The notes below the pieces were generated by a model. The model was not told the origin of the DNA. It saw nothing but the letters and a program-made list of their open reading frames with translations, and searched no databases. A stretch of DNA of 64,000 nt from Leucoraja ocellata (Eukaryota), in NCBI GenBank assembly GCA_036785375.1, contig JAWMAR010000531.1:558001-622000 (forward strand), read 5' to 3'. Both the position numbers and the translations under genes were made by a program. Position 1 is the stretch's first letter, and the number at the start of each line of letters is the position of its first letter. Of the stretch, positions 1-14,134 are shown piece after piece.

Positions 1-285
1 GGTGAAGGGTTTATATAAAGTCCATTCTGAATACAAATGTAATGCCGTTGTGAAGTTTAAAGCACACTGAATGGAGGAAGTGATATGCACTTTGCTACAA
101 GTACTGATGATTTACATTGCTAATTACTGATGTTCAGTGGCTGTTCAAGTAACAAGATGATGTACCCGGTCTGATACCATTGTGAATGTACATGGTGAAT
201 TATTGATGCGAAGGATGATTGTGTATGACGGATGTGATGACCACAATGAAGTGGATGTAATACATCTGGTACTTGGTCATAGTCA

Positions 286-386
286 TAGAGTGATATAGCA
301 TGGAAACAGGCTCTTCGGCCCAACTTGCCCACATCCAGCTACACTAGTCTCACCTACCTGCGTTTGGTCCATATCCCTCCAAACCT
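286..386 (-). mobile_element. CR1/HER1-type LINE 3' tail fragment
   Basis: Reverse complement of the elasmobranch CR1/HE1 shared tail (gaaacaggctcttcggcccaac...catatccctccaaacc); boundaries approximate. Confidence 0.6.
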
Positions 387-524
387 TGATAAATATGATT
401 CCTTTACTGGAGGTGTAAGGTGTACAAATAGTGCCTTAGGGACTGATGGATTTGAATCCTGTGGTGAGCTGTCTCTGTGATGTTGATGTCAAAGGGTGTT
501 AAACTGTGTGGAGTTTTGCACATT

Positions 525-708
525 CTCACAAGCATGTGTAGGTTGTTTGGTTAATCCCCTGTGTCTCCAGTGTGTAGGTGAGTGGTGGGATCTGGGAATA
601 GTTGATTAGAATGAGTGGACAATTTAAAAATGGGACTAAGGTAGGATTAATGTAAAATGGGCCGTTGATGATGGGTACAGACCAGATGGGCCAAAGGGCG
701 TGTATCGG
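525..708 (+). mobile_element. HE1-like V-SINE, 3' part
   Basis: Resembles the SINE copies at 26075 and 52495 and ends in a gatgggccaaagggc tail; degraded. Confidence 0.5.
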
Positions 709-744
709 AAGGAACTGAGGATACTGGTTTAAACCGAAAAAGGA

Positions 745-1815
745 CTTAAAATGCTGGAGTAACTCAGCAGTACAGGAAGCAGCTCTGGAGGGAAGGAATG
801 GGTGACATTTCATGGCAAGACCCTTCTTCAGACTGAGACTCACGGGAAAGAGAAATTAGTGATGTTGAGAGATATGGAACAAATTAATGAAAGATATGCA
901 AAAAAATAATGACGATAAAGGAAACGGGCCATTGTTAGCTGTTTGCTAGCTGAGAACAAGAAGCTGGTGCGACGTGAGTGGGGAGGGATGGAGAGGGAAT
1001 GCAGGGATTACATGAAGTTAGAGAAATCTGGGTTGTAAGTTGGCCAAGTGAAATATGAGATGCTGTTCCTCCAATTTGCATTTAGCATCACTCTGACAAT
1101 GAAAGAGGCCTAGGACAGAAAGGTCAGTGTGGGAATGGGAAGGGGAATTAAAGTATTTGGCAACACAGAGATTAGGTAGGTCCAGACAGACTGAGCAAAG
1201 GTGTTCCAGCAAAACGATCGCCCAGTCTATGTTTGGTCTATAGGGACAGGTGTTGCATCTGCGGTTACAGGGCATGGTACCTGGGTGATTTGAATGGGAA
1301 AGGACGAGCTAATTGGGGAGTAGTGGAGGGAACCGTCTCTGGGGAAGGCATGAAGGGGTGGAGATAGGAAGATGTGTCTAGCAGTGGGATCCCGTTGGAG
1401 GTGGCAAAAATGTAAGAGGATTATGTGTTGTATGCAACGGCTGATGGGATGAAAGATAAGGACTCTGTCCCTGTTGCTGCGAGGGGGAGCAAGGGCGGAG
1501 TTACGGGGTACTGAGGAGCCACGTGTGATGACCCCATCTATGATGGTAGAGGAGAACCCCTGTTCCTTAAAGGATGAGGACATCTCGAATGTCCTGGTAT
1601 GGAACAACTCATCTTGGGCGCAGTTGCGGCGTTGACGGAGGAATTGGGAGTAGGGGATAGAGTCTTTGCAGGAAGCAGGGTGGGAAGAAATATAGTCGAG
1701 ATAGTTGTGGGAGTCAGTGGGTTTGTAATAGACGTCAGTCTGTAGTCTATCCCCTGTGATGGAGACTGAGAGATCAAGAAAGGGGAGGGAGATGTCGGAG
1801 ATGGTCCAAGTGAAA
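745..1815 (-). mobile_element. Penelope-like element (Neptune-type), decayed RT C-terminus + GIY-YIG endonuclease + terminus
   Basis: ORF 1227-1856(-) reads LPFLDLSV..TDVYYKPTDSHNYLDY.SSHP..CKDSIPYSQFLR (PLE RT thumb). ORF 1018-1275(-) reads CNRRCNTC linker and VAKYFNSPSHS..LSVLGL..KLEEQHLIF (GIY-YIG). The terminal repeat is at 745-835. Confidence 0.9.
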
Positions 1816-1899
1816 AGAGCCAAAGGGCATGTTTTTTGTGATGTGTCTATGATCATTTGCTGACTGGTGCCTGTGAAGCCCTTGGTCAGTGAACGATGT

Positions 1900-3000
1900 G
1901 ATTGATGCCCGAGGGCAATGGTGGTTCAGATGCCCATAGTGAAGAGTAGATCGATGTGTTCCCTGAGGGACGGTGGATTCGGCGATGCTCCAAGCGATCG
2001 GTTATTTAACGCCAAAGCTGCCGTGGCCATGCGGTGAAGTAGAGCGAAGGTGCCCGGTGTCCCCGCCTTTGGAAGATGGGAGGAGAAACGTCGGGGCCAC
2101 GGGCCGTGGGAGAGAGGTGAGGAGAACATATTGCGAGCTGCCCTCTCTCCCCGCCTAATCCATCCCCCCCCCAGCCGGGAGGGGGCGGTTATTGGCGCGT
2201 GCGCTCCCCGCCCCGGCCGTGCCCGCGCGTGGCTGCAAGTCCCCCCCCCTCAATCACCACCACCCCCACCCCACCCCCCCCCACCAGCACGAGCTCCGGG
2301 CCGCCTCACTCGGCCGCTGGCTGTCGGAGTGTCCTCGCCGGTCTCACCAGCTCGTCGGCTGCCGGGGCTCTGCCACTCGCAGCCGGAACATGGACGACTT
2401 GGGTAAGAGATGCCGACACGGAGAGAGAGAGGAGGGGGACCGGGACCGGACCCAAGCGAACGGGGCCGGATACCCACTCGAGCTCCAGCAACCGCACCCG
2501 ACAGGCGGGCAGGCAGGCCGCGAAGGTGGCCCTGGTTACCGGTGCCTGGCAGGCCAGCCGGCCGGCCTGTCGGGCAGAGGAGGCCGGCGAGCGGCTGCGG
2601 TCTGTGCGTGAGGGGCTCTGCCGGGAGACAGACAGGGGACGGGCGGCGGCGACGAGCTCGCCGGGCTCAGCCACCGCTCCTCGTCCCGGGGCAGTGCCGC
2701 TGGAAGTTTGTGTGAAAGATCTGAAAAGTTTCCTGTTTGTTCGGAACCACTGGAGCTGAAAGGATTTGTTTGATCACAAGGGACCCGGAGTCTGGGCAAC
2801 AAACTTTCCCAGTCTCAGAAGCTCCGCCCGGGCGGGCTGTGGTGATCCGATTAACTCATGGATTGTGGGGATAATTATCCCTTTTTAGGATGGGGATTCG
2901 TGCAGCAACATGGAAATAAGTATGGACTAGAGATCCCTGCGAGGAAAGGCAATCCTTTCGGGCTGTGGGGGCTCGTGGTAAAGTTGTCAGTCCCGTCGTG
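1900..3000. promoter_or_regulatory. CpG island / promoter
   Basis: Very GC- and CpG-rich compared with the flanks. GC boxes at 2182-2188 and 2206-2214, inverted CCAAT (ATTGG) at 2191-2195, NRF1-like GCGCGTGCGC at 2195-2204. Confidence 0.85.
2390..2402 (+). CDS. PXN: First coding exon (MDDL+1 nt), probably paxillin exon 1
   Basis: ggaacATGG Kozak context inside the CpG island; ATG GAC GAC TTG G followed by the donor GTAAGA at 2403. From recall, paxillin starts MDDLDALLADLE with a 13-nt first coding exon and a long first intron. No downstream exon was found, so the identity rests on 4 codons plus exon architecture. Confidence 0.55.
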
Positions 3001-3829
3001 TTGTTGGGATTAGCAGTATGATTTGTTGCTCTCTGCTTTATCGGGGAGTCATAATTTGATTACTTGCCCACTACAAACACACTTTGAATAACTATCCCCA
3101 TGACCACCAGGAAACGACTGGGTTGATTTCGTGGTTGCGAGAGGGGCGCAAATCAGAAGAAATAGAGATTTTATATGGTGACTAATCAGTGGGGATTTGA
3201 TAGTTGGGGGTTGCTAGTAACGATTCGATTTCATCGATAATCGTGAGGTTTAGCCGTTTGATTTGATATATGTGAATTTTGATATTTCAGCTCGGGAGGA
3301 ATGAAGCAATGCAAAACGGCATAGTTTTCAAAGATAAGCAGTATCCATAGCCGCTGGTGTAGTTTTTCCATAGTCTCATTTTTTTTTCAGAAAGGCGTGG
3401 GCAGATTCCTTTGGTGTCTAAATTTCCACAGACAGTTTATTTCCTTAATGTGTACAACTCTCCATGTGGCAAGCCAGTATTTGTTTTGGGATATATATTA
3501 GGGTATACTTGATTAATGTGTAACCAGCTATGGTGATTATTACACATGTCCAGGCATCAAATGTATTGCTATTTCATACCAGCCATTCCTTTTGCCTCCT
3601 GGAAGGAGATGTTTTGAAGATAGGAACAGATAATTTTACTTTAGAGTGCAGCCCAGAAAGAGAAATGCAAAGTATAGTTTTATGTGGTGTACATAATACA
3701 TTAGAACCTCCAAATCAGACAATGTGCAAGACACCAATGGAATCTTAAGTACACAAAATACTGGAATGTTTCTACACATGGCTGACTTCAAGTATATGGA
3801 CAATGTGGTATTGTTTTATTTGAAGGATA

Positions 3830-4170
3830 ATCTGATAAAGATACTTGAAATCATGAATGGTCATAGATAGCATAAAACTATTTATTCCCACTGGAGGAAG
3901 AGCCAAGAGAGACAGTGGATATAAAACAAAGAATTGGTATAAGACCCCAAAATGAGTAGATGGTGTCTGAACTGCACTGCTAGGAGTAGGAGTGCAAGAG
4001 GGTTGAATCATTGTGTTCAAAGGAGAACTGGATAAGTGCTTGATGGAGGAGGAAAAATGCAGAACTTTGGGGGGAGCGTGGAATAAAATTGTTTGCTCTT
4101 GCAGATTGCTGACATCAGTGTGATCAGCTAAATTGCCTCATATTGTCCAGTAACCACTTTGTGGTTCTAC
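3830..4170 (+). mobile_element. Old CR1-type LINE 3' fragment
   Basis: Degenerate similarity to the younger CR1 copy at 27455-28041. Confidence 0.45.
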
Positions 4171-5024
4171 AAAATCTATTTGTGGTATGTCACGGTTAGT
4201 TTGATAACCCGTTGACATGTTCAGCACAGACATCAACTGAATGTGGAGTTCGGTTCTGAAATCAGCTTACAATAATTGCAATGTAATAATGGTATTGTTC
4301 TTTTGTGAATTTAATGGCAATGGCATAGACAACTGAGTAAGTGAACATTTTGAGTTCAGTGAAGCCTTTTGAGTCACAACTGCTCGAGGGATCTTCTGAA
4401 CTGCAATCAGTGATATCTACAATGTACTGAAAAGAGACCCTGAATTGGAATTTATTTAGAAAAAGTTAATTTCATGTAAGAGTTCCCATTCCCTTGGGAT
4501 TAAGTCAACAAACATTTTTGTTATGGATGTGTGCAGATGGAAATGCTTTCTCTGCCTAATATATGTTGACTTCATAATTTCCTTCCAAAAAGATTCCAAA
4601 CCTTATCTGATTTTCAGTTCCTTTTTCTGGTCCAATCTTATTTGAAGCTGCAGTGGCACAGGTTTGATACAGGCCTTTCATTCAAAGTTCACAGCTTGGT
4701 TCAACTTTTATGGGGAAAAACAATAATTTTATCATGAGCTAAACACAAAATTACTTACCTTTTTAATATAAAAGTGCACAGCATTGAAAATGCTTTGCAG
4801 CCAATTATAGAAGTTGATTACTCGTGCAATAAAGAGAAAACATTTATGCACAATTGTTGCTTAGTGAATTCGTAATTGGATAATCAGTTTTGGTGACATC
4901 GATTATGTGTTTGTCATGGAAGAGGCTAAAAAAATTGCGAGAAATACCACAGAATCAGGTGTCTACTGAGAATGAAATGCTGAAGGAAAGAATTCATTGT
5001 TACTTTAAAAAAAACAAAAGTACA

Positions 5025-6215
5025 TGAGAAGCTGACAAGACTAAAAGTTGATAGACCCCAAGAAACTTATGATCTGCATCTAGGAGTTTTGAAAGAAGTG
5101 CCATGAGAGATGGTCAAAGCTCCAGTTAGCATCAGCCAAAATTCTATACATTCTGGACATGCTCTTAGCTGAATTAGGGGAAAGCAAATGTGGCCTTGCT
5201 ATTTCATAAAGGAGAGAGAAAATGGAAAATTGCGGATATTGCTACTGGAATGCTTAGGATATAATCTAATTGTTGACCTTCTAATTAATAAAAAAACAAC
5301 AGACTATAACTGATCTGTTTAATCCAAGGTTTGTCGTTGTTGGTACTATTTTTAAAATGGGCCCTGTTACTGTCTTCATTGATGTCACAATTAAATTTGA
5401 AGATAGTAACAGTTCCCTTGAAAAGGCTCATTGAGAAGGCTTTAGTTTGGCCTGTATGACAACTTAACTAATTTATCAATTGGCTTTTCACTAAAACTTA
5501 TAGTATATGTACTATAGTAAAGTTATTTTAGGTCTGTGTATTTGTGGCTCAGCCCATCAGATGATATTATCAGTGCGTGGAAAATTTGGACTTTTTGTTG
5601 AGGTCTCCATGCAAGAGGTTTGTCACTGGCATTAAAGCACATTAAATTGTGGCTAATATACCGACCCAAATTAAGAATTGGGGGTTCGATAGAATGAGAA
5701 AGGAATATACTGTGGAAAAATGTAAAGTTATCCATTCACAAACATAAAAAAACTGTTTATTTTTAATGGGGCAAAGCTGACATTCAAACAATAAGGCAAA
5801 TAGTATGTTGAACTTTTATATGAGATTATGTAAATGTAGAGGTAAAGATGTAATTCTGCAATTGTATAGGGCCTTGGTGAGACCACACCTTAAGTATTAT
5901 GTACATTTTGGATTCCTTACCCAAGAGATAACCGGCCTTTTATAGGAGTGCACAATACTTTACAAGACTGGTGCCAAGGACGGGTGGGTTTGTTCTACAA
6001 AGAGAGATTGTCTCGACTAACTCTATGAGAGGAGATTGCAGTAAAACTCTCAAAATTCTTACAGCTGGATGCAGGGAGAATGTTGCCCCTAGCTGAGAAG
6101 TCTAGGACTCCAAGGATCACAATCTCAGAATAAGAGTTAGGTCATTGAAGGATTAGATGAGGAGAAATTCTTCATTTAAGCTTCGGAGATGGTGTATTTT
6201 TGGCATGTTTTACTC
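5025..6215 (+). mobile_element. Degraded CR1-type LINE ORF2 fragments (discontinuous)
   Basis: Contains ctgcaattgtatagggccttggtgagaccacacct (LQLYRALVRPHL) at about 5857-5890 and other CR1-like pieces. Confidence 0.7.
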
Positions 6216-6526
6216 CAGAGGGTAGAGCAGTCTCAGGGGCTCAAATGGCCCTTCTGCTGTGTATTTTAATAGAAAGCATAAATAAACAAACTTTGCAGGT
6301 CCCAGTAAAACAAAATGCATTTAGCAATGGGCAGCCATCTTTCAATCTGTGCCTGACACGCCTCCACAAGACTACATTTATTATCATAAGTTTTAATGGT
6401 GTTCTTCTGAAAACCTGCTGTTTTGTAACAATTGATTGGCTAGCTAAGCCACTTCAGGATTCATGAAGGGTCAATAAAGTGGTATTTCTAGTCGGAGGGA
6501 ATGAAGGATGATCAATGAAGCGAGAG

Positions 6527-6550
6527 ATGAAGGAAGGAAGGAAGGAAGGA
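6527..6550. repeat. (GAAG)n microsatellite
   Basis: Read directly. Confidence 0.8.
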
Positions 6551-8359
6551 ATGGAGAACAGTGCAGTAGAATATATCAAGCTCTCAGTGAACATTTTCCA
6601 CAGTAGTACATTATGGATAAGTGAACCGTACCTCAGAGCAGAATGTGCAGGATGATATTCCTTCACCAATCTATTTTCGTGACTTTGATGTAAGGGATAG
6701 AAAGCAAAATGTCGTGGGCTAAAGATTGATTTCTGGGTGCAGCAGATACCCGTCTGTTTATAGCAGAAACATTTGCAGTGACAGCCCTTTCCACTCTTTA
6801 TATTTAAAAAAAGCATATTCTCTTTCCAGAGCACTTAGTAACCACTTTCCACTTATAGATTGGATGCCACATTTCTCTTCATTCATATTTACAGCCATTT
6901 ATTTGATTCACGAACATGAATTCTACACCGGAACCCAGTGAATACGAGTAGTTCTTTGTTGATTTAATAGAGAGCTGTGTGCCCTATTTAGTTTGTTGAT
7001 GGTGAAGGAATCTTTGTATTAAGATGCAAGAGGACTTCCCGACAAAGAGAAGATGGAAACAAAAGTAAATGGAAAGCACAGTTGAAAATGATTTTAACAA
7101 CATAAAACAACCCAGGTTAAATCAAAAGGCAAAGGGACATTGTTTCCTTTTTAAATATGATTGGTTACTTGTTTTATGAAGGTGACCAATTTGGCTTCTG
7201 ATCACTCCTGTACTTACTCTGCAAACGATGGTACAAAATAGCAGATTTTATGACCTGCAGTCATGAAGGTGTTCGGCTATTGCGACATCAGTAGAAAAGA
7301 TAATTAAAACATCTCAGATTGGGAATCCTTTTAGCATGATCTAGAAAAATTGGGGTAAAGGTTAATGCCTGTTCTTAGGATTTAGTGCTAAATGTACGTT
7401 GAAAAAAATGTGTTTAAAAATATGTTGTATTTTTAAATCACCTTTTATAAATTTAAGATGCCCTCTGTCACTTTACAAGCAATATTGTCAAAGTTATGAT
7501 GTAGGAAAACATGTTGATTCACATAACTAGCTCGGTTCAGTCCAGGGAGCCATGGAGAGAATGGTTCTCTGCAGAAAGCTGAAAGGACCTCCTTGTCTGC
7601 TTCCACCTATTACTTACAAACCTCATTCTCAACACTTTGGTTGCCAGCCTCTGTCTTGCCACTGCCTCTCGCTGCTAAATACAGGCTACCTTCCCTCTAC
7701 ATTCTCAATCAGAATGCAAGGCCTTCACCTGACTATGTTGATCTCCTTTTGCGTCATATATAGGTTGCTTGATCCTCTAATTTCTTACAGCAGTTTATTT
7801 TTTGCATAAGGAATTTACTGTTTTTTATTTTGTTTTCAAACGCATCTTTAAAATTATAACATTGAGCGAGACAGAATCTGTTCTTGGCTGTCCCCCTGTT
7901 TATGCTTTGTGTTTGATGCACTATTCAATTATTTGTTTTCAAAATGCTATAGAATTATTTTAGTATCAACTCTTGATAGCAAACATGAAAATGTGCTTCA
8001 TCTCATTATTCATGTCTAGTTTGGTTATACTTACATTTTTCGTTCCAACTTTTATTTGATATCTCATTGTGGGTTATTGCATATGGATTGTTCTTGCATC
8101 CAGCATATGGATTGTTCGACTCGATGAAATGGCAATAATGTTAATTTTCACTAAAGGAAACTTAGCTTAGAAGGTGGCTGGAATGTGATTAGGTGGTTAG
8201 GTGATGATTGAAATCAGGGAAAGAGTCCTGTAGATTAAAATGAATGTAGTGCTGGGAATAGATCCTTCTGACTGACCTATTTTCCTTATCCCGCAACAGC
8301 ATATTTTGTCAAATCTCTTTCTGAGAAGACTTTTGATACTATTATCAACTACTATTTTT

Positions 8360-8825
8360 GTTTAGTTTATTATTGCCACATGTACCAAGGTACAGTGAAA
8401 AGCTTTTTGTGGCTAGCTAACTAGTTAAAGAAAAGACTATATATGATTACAATCAAACCGTCCACTGTGTACAGGCAAAGGGTACAATATTACGTTGATA
8501 AAGTCTGATAGTCCGATTAAAGATAGTTCAAAGGTCTGGAATGAGGTAGATGGGAGGTCAGGACCACACTCCAGCTGGTGAGATGAAGATTCAGTTGCCT
8601 GATAACAGCTGGGAAGAAACTGTCCCATAACCTAGAAGAATGCGTTTTCTTACGTTGCCTGATGGGGTGGGGGAGAAGAAGGAGCGACCAAGGTACGGCT
8701 GGTCCTTGATTATGCTGATGGCCTTGCCAAGGCAGCGTGAAGTGTAGATGGAGTCAATGGAAGGAAGGTTGGTTTGTGTGATGGTTTGAACTATGCCACA
8801 ACTCTGCAATTTTTTTGCAATCTTG
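8360..8825 (-). mobile_element. Rex1/Babar non-LTR retrotransposon 3' fragment
   Basis: Minus-strand translation QTITQTNLPSIDSIYTSRCLGKAISIIKD..FSP.PSG, the same domain as at 37115 and 63617. Confidence 0.8.
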
Positions 8826-9929
8826 AATGGATATTGTAACTTACTACTGATGAGATGGTTTCCTATTTTTTTTAAACTGTTCTCACACCCACAAATGAGA
8901 TGTCTTGCATGACTTCTGTATACATGCACAAGTGGCTATTTCTGAAAAATTCTCCCTCACCTAGTTATGGTAAGCTGTTCTAATGCTTTTTCAACTTGCA
9001 GCTTCCCAGAACATATCAGAAATAAAAGCATTCAGCAGAAACATGGAAATCATGTGGTGAAGGTGCAATGAGTTTATAAATATCTAGCTTGGCCCTGGTA
9101 TATTCTACTGTGTGTTGCGTATTACTCTGTGTTATGAGGTGTCGTATAAGGGCAATGGATGTAGAATTACACAGAGGAATATGTATGATTCCAATAATAA
9201 ATGAGTGGTTGTTAACCTGTTCTCAACAATGGTGAACGTTACTTCAAAATATTCAGGGATTTTTGTGAAGCGGCTTTACTGATTGATCTTGGTGCGCCTG
9301 CTATTTCGAATTGCCAACTGAGTGGAAGGAAAGACAAGATGGAAGCTCAAATCAAAAAACCACCACTTTAGATAGATATTGATTAATAGCAAAGGAACAA
9401 TGGAGATCTTAATGGAAAAACAAATCCTGGACAAAGACCTTGCCTTCCCCTGGAATCAGTATTCGACCTTTGGTGCATTGTATAGATAGACAGACCTAAA
9501 CAGTTTGTGAATTGGGCATGGCTGGCATTCATAAAGCCACAGCAGATGTTTTAATGTGGCATCAAGACTTGAGCAGCAAAGCATAAGCAAAAAACAGAAT
9601 ATTTATCATCTGCCACTACACCACCTCCATGTGATAAATGATAAAAGGTTGAATGTCTAATTCTGCATTGGGAACCATCATAAAATTTGTCCATTCATGA
9701 TGAAGCATCTCTGGCTGCCCAACCTCATCCTATATATGACTCTGCATTGATTGAGACATCTGTCTGACCAGTTCAAAGGCAGCAAAAAAAACCATGCAAA
9801 CCACTATTCCTTTATTTCATATTTTCTTTGAACCTAAAAGGAGATATGTAACCCACCACATTTATGCTGGCTCATGAAATAATTCCCTTTCCCCTACTTA
9901 ATTTCCAGTAACCATTTCTTTCTTGCTGA

Positions 9930-10275
9930 ACTTCTCTGATTCTCCCAACAGCGACTTGCACCAGGGATAATTTACAAAAGCCTACCAACTAGCTCTTTGT
10001 GAGAATAGGAGGAATTGGAGGAAACCTATGTGGTTATGGGGAGACAATTTCACACATGGAATACAACACAGAAACAGACTCATAAGCCTAACTTGGCCAT
10101 GCTGACCAACCTGTCTAACCAGGTTACTCCCACTTGCCTGGCCTATATCCCTCTAAACCTAGATATCTAGGTATTTGTTCAAATAAATGTCAAATGTCAA
10201 ATTGTAACCACACAAACAGCACCAGAGTGCAGGATTGAATTCAAATCAGAGGCACTGTGAAGCACCAGCTCTCCT
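9930..10275 (-). mobile_element. HE1-like SINE with a nested CR1 tail (~10060-10200)
   Basis: SINE halves (gaaacctatgtggttatggggagac... / acaaacagcaccagag..ggattgaa) are separated by a CR1-tail-like insert. Confidence 0.5.
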
Positions 10276-13200
10276 GGTCCTCTGGATCAAAAGAATAAGT
10301 CTCACCAACTGTTTCTCTCCCTCTTTAACGTATCACATCTTCAGCAGTATGCATTTATAATATTGTTCTCTTGGATAAAAGAGCAAAAAAAAATGGAAGT
10401 GTGTTTTCCATGTTATGGTGCTTATTCACATATTTCTAATTGGGAAAGAGATAAAGGTGGTTTAGAAATTAATCACTGGCATCATTAGTGAGGAACATAA
10501 ACCTCCTTGTATTCCTGGAATTATTTGCAAAATCCCACACAAAGGGTCACATTCCATAGTTTTGCAGATATCTACTACCCTGAAAATATGTTGCTCTGTA
10601 TGGCTTTAATTTTTCAGCTTTTACTTCTGATTTGACTACAGGCTTTTTTTGCTGTTTAGCAAAATGGGTATTTTTAGGTTATATGAAATAACAGTCAAGA
10701 ATTGTACTGACTTTGGCTTCTAAAGTGCAACTAAATTGAAATTAGAAATTATAACAAAACACGGATATTCAAATAAATTATTGCTTAAAATTTACTGCCA
10801 TCGTTACCACCGTAATGCCATTGATTATCATATCTGATTAAAAAATTGGGATCAATTGGTAGCCTGTATATGCATTTAACAAAAAAAGTGTTTGCAAAGT
10901 AAAATGAATGAAAATGTAGATTCTATATTGCCACCATTGAGATTTGTTGGTGGGAAGGAAAACTGATTTCTTTATAAATGGGCTTGCAGGGAAGGTGCTG
11001 ATTTATTTTATCAGTTTGGAACCCAAAATTAATGCAGTGCATATTTGTATGGTGAGGTCGCTCAAGTGTATCAAGTGGAATTAGATATTCTTTGAATGCC
11101 CTTTTGAAACTTTTATCATACATATATGAATGTTATTAGGATTTCCATTTAAAATTAATTGGTTTCATTAGTATTTATAGGTAAAAATAAATCTTGAGTG
11201 CCCTCTGTCTAATTGTACAGTTGGGACTAACGGCACTTTTCGCAAAAGCTCTGAATTTAGCTGTGAACACAGTGCTGCAAATTAGGATGAGATTACTCAG
11301 AGTTTAGATATATATACCTGTGTATATATATATATATCTTAATGAGGATGAACCTGCTCTGTACTTATACTGGAGCACATTTTTCATCTTCTGACCCAGA
11401 TGTCATTGCTTCGTACTACCTAATTCAAGTTTCTAGTGGCATCTGCTGCTATATTGATGAAGTCAAAGAAAATGAAATAGTGCAGAAGGACAAAGTATTC
11501 CATCAGAGGAGTATTAGATCACTATGCTAAATATTAGGTTTGATGACATCTGAAAATGCTCCTTGTGTTAATGCTTCAATGCTGAGATCAACATTTAGAA
11601 CTGGAATGGATGTTGATTCCTTCACAAGGATTGGTATTAAGCAAGGGACAAATCCGATGGATTTGTAGTATTAGTTTACTTTCCAAGCCAGCAAACTTAA
11701 TGTGGTGCATGCCCAGAAGACTTAAGATTGCAGCAAATTGTGGCTAATTTTGGTCTATCTGAGGGAGTTATGCATCACCAATCTGTACTAACTCTAAGAG
11801 AAATAACCTATTTAAACTGGGTTAGATTTTAATTTCTAGTTATGTACATTTTTTAAATTGAATTTTGAAACGCTTCGTTTCAATGGAGTAATAAAAATAA
11901 TAGCAATATTTATGTTTTTAATGCTAATTAATCCCGGCCAAATGAGGTTCTCCTTCCATAGCTGCTGGCTATCAAAATATGTTAGCTAATTCATGATTGG
12001 AAATAAACATTGACTTCCCACAGTTTATATAATTTTTAAACATTGTCATTTTGAAATGATACAATGAAGGACATGTTTAAATGAATCAAATACAATATAT
12101 TATCATTTCTCTAAAGCTATTCAATCATATGTTATCACATTGAAACAAAGCTGTATCTAATGTATGCCTCATGTTAAGATGCTTTCAGCTGTCCTTGCCT
12201 TTCAGGGTATGCAAAAAGCTAAGTCCTGTTTAGCAATTACTTGTTCCAGTTAAAAACAAAAGCTCACAGGACAGATTTATTGCAATTTCAATCTTTAAAT
12301 TCTCAGTAAATTACTCCACAGATTGTAATCTGACAGCCTGCCAAAGAAGGCTAGGAACCTTCCTGTACTTAATCATACATAAATTCCAAAGCATTGCAAA
12401 TTGAGGAAACCTTTTTTTGATACTGTTAATAGTTGTCCTCAAAACTCAAATTCATTTAGGTAATAAAGATCCACCTATTATTAATTTCTTACAACTCCAC
12501 AACATCAAGTTAATCAGTTACTTATGTTAATTTGTTCTGTACTGTTTGTTATAAAGTGCAGGTTACTTAAGAGGGGCTACTGTATTCTAAGCAATTGTTT
12601 AATCCACAGCAGAACTGCGTGTTGTTAATTAAGCTCTGCCGTTTATTTCCAAAATTGAATAAAAACTTTTAAATTGGACAATTTCCATTTGATGAGAACA
12701 GCTATTGATTATTGTGAACAGATTAACTGCTTCTTGTTATCAGATTGCTTTGCTCAATGCTGTTTAGAATTGTCTGCACATCTAGGAATTGTATGACATA
12801 AGTTATTTATAAACTCAAATGCCACATAGTTGTAAGGTCATAAATCTCTCTTCCCCGAGACAAAACTATCCTTATTAAAAGCTTTAAAAGCTGCCTCGTG
12901 TTGCCGTTCATAGACCTCTTCATTTTACACCAAGGGCTAAGATATTTATGTTCTGGCAGTAAAAGACTGTTAACTGCCACCTCAAAGTATGGATTGAGCT
13001 ATGGGAGATTGAAGTACAGACTGGAAACTTTTTACATTTTTCAGTGCAAGTGAAATAATTAAAATTAAATAATTAACATAGATACTTAAGATATGACGAA
13101 ATGGCCACTGTTTCATTTAGCTTGTATCCCTTTCAATCTGCAGTTATTCATCTCTTTTAATTTCAAATAGAATAGCATTTTGAACCAGCGCAAGATACTT

Positions 13201-14134
13201 GTCTGTCTAACTCCATAAAATGATCAGTGATAAAAGCTGTTGTATTGTGCACAAGGTGCATTGGTTTGTATAAGAATAGTACTTTATTCGTCCATTTTTT
13301 ATATTTCACCCACTATTGTACATTTTGGTTAATTTAGGAGTATAGGATAGTACCACCTTAATTTCTTCTTTCATTTCCCATGAGACTTGAGAGAGATGGC
13401 AGAAGATACTATTTTCCAGCTTCCTCTTCCACATATTAGCAAGATGTTGTATGCAACAAACTGGGCATTTTGCAAATTGAGATTTGAAATCCACCTACTT
13501 GGTACCAATAGTGATGATTCAGATTTAGGTCCCATATCAAATTTGTGTAAATTCTTAAGCTGTTTTTTCAAAACTCCTGATTTCAAAGAGTTTTTGTGTC
13601 CTTTTGAATGGACTGTCTCTGTGAAATTATTTATTATAAACATTCAAATTGTCGAATCAAATCAAAAGTACATTGGATTTTTAGATCACCATCAATGGAT
13701 CACCATCAGTTGCAGTGGTTATGTTTTTATGTGTTTGGTATTGAAAGTAAAATGTTTAGCTTGTATTGAAGGGTTGCTGTTTTATTGCAGGATTGCTGTT
13801 TTAAAGGAAACGTGTTCGTTCTTATCATCGGCTTTTGTTACTGACACTTATTAAATTGTTCAGAACAGTTCTAAATTCGCACAGAGAAATGGCCCAGAGT
13901 GTTTACTGTTTCTTGACAAATCCATACAATTAATTCCACTTTATTGGCCTGCCCCAGTAAGCCTGAAACTAAAAAGAAATCATGCATCTAATTCCCATTT
14001 AGAATTTACTGATTAATCTTGTGCTGCCATTTTGTTAATATGCCCTTGGTGCTTGCTATATGGAAGGAAACTAAAATGGACTTTCCTCACATTTCAACAT
14101 TTTTCGTATTTTCTTGCAGCTTTAAGGATGTCGT

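Noticed and set aside
1926-2802. Many overlapping long ORFs (up to 186 aa) on both strands
   Set aside because: Expected from stop-codon scarcity in a GC-rich CpG island; Pro/Arg/Gly low-complexity with no recognisable domain.
9257-9371. Possible exon 2 after ttcag
   Set aside because: In phase with MDDL it stops after a few codons (GIFVKRLY*) and has no paxillin similarity.
13387-13854. 155-aa plus-strand ORF
   Set aside because: Non-ATG start, no recognisable homology, and no convincing splice sites; likely a chance ORF.
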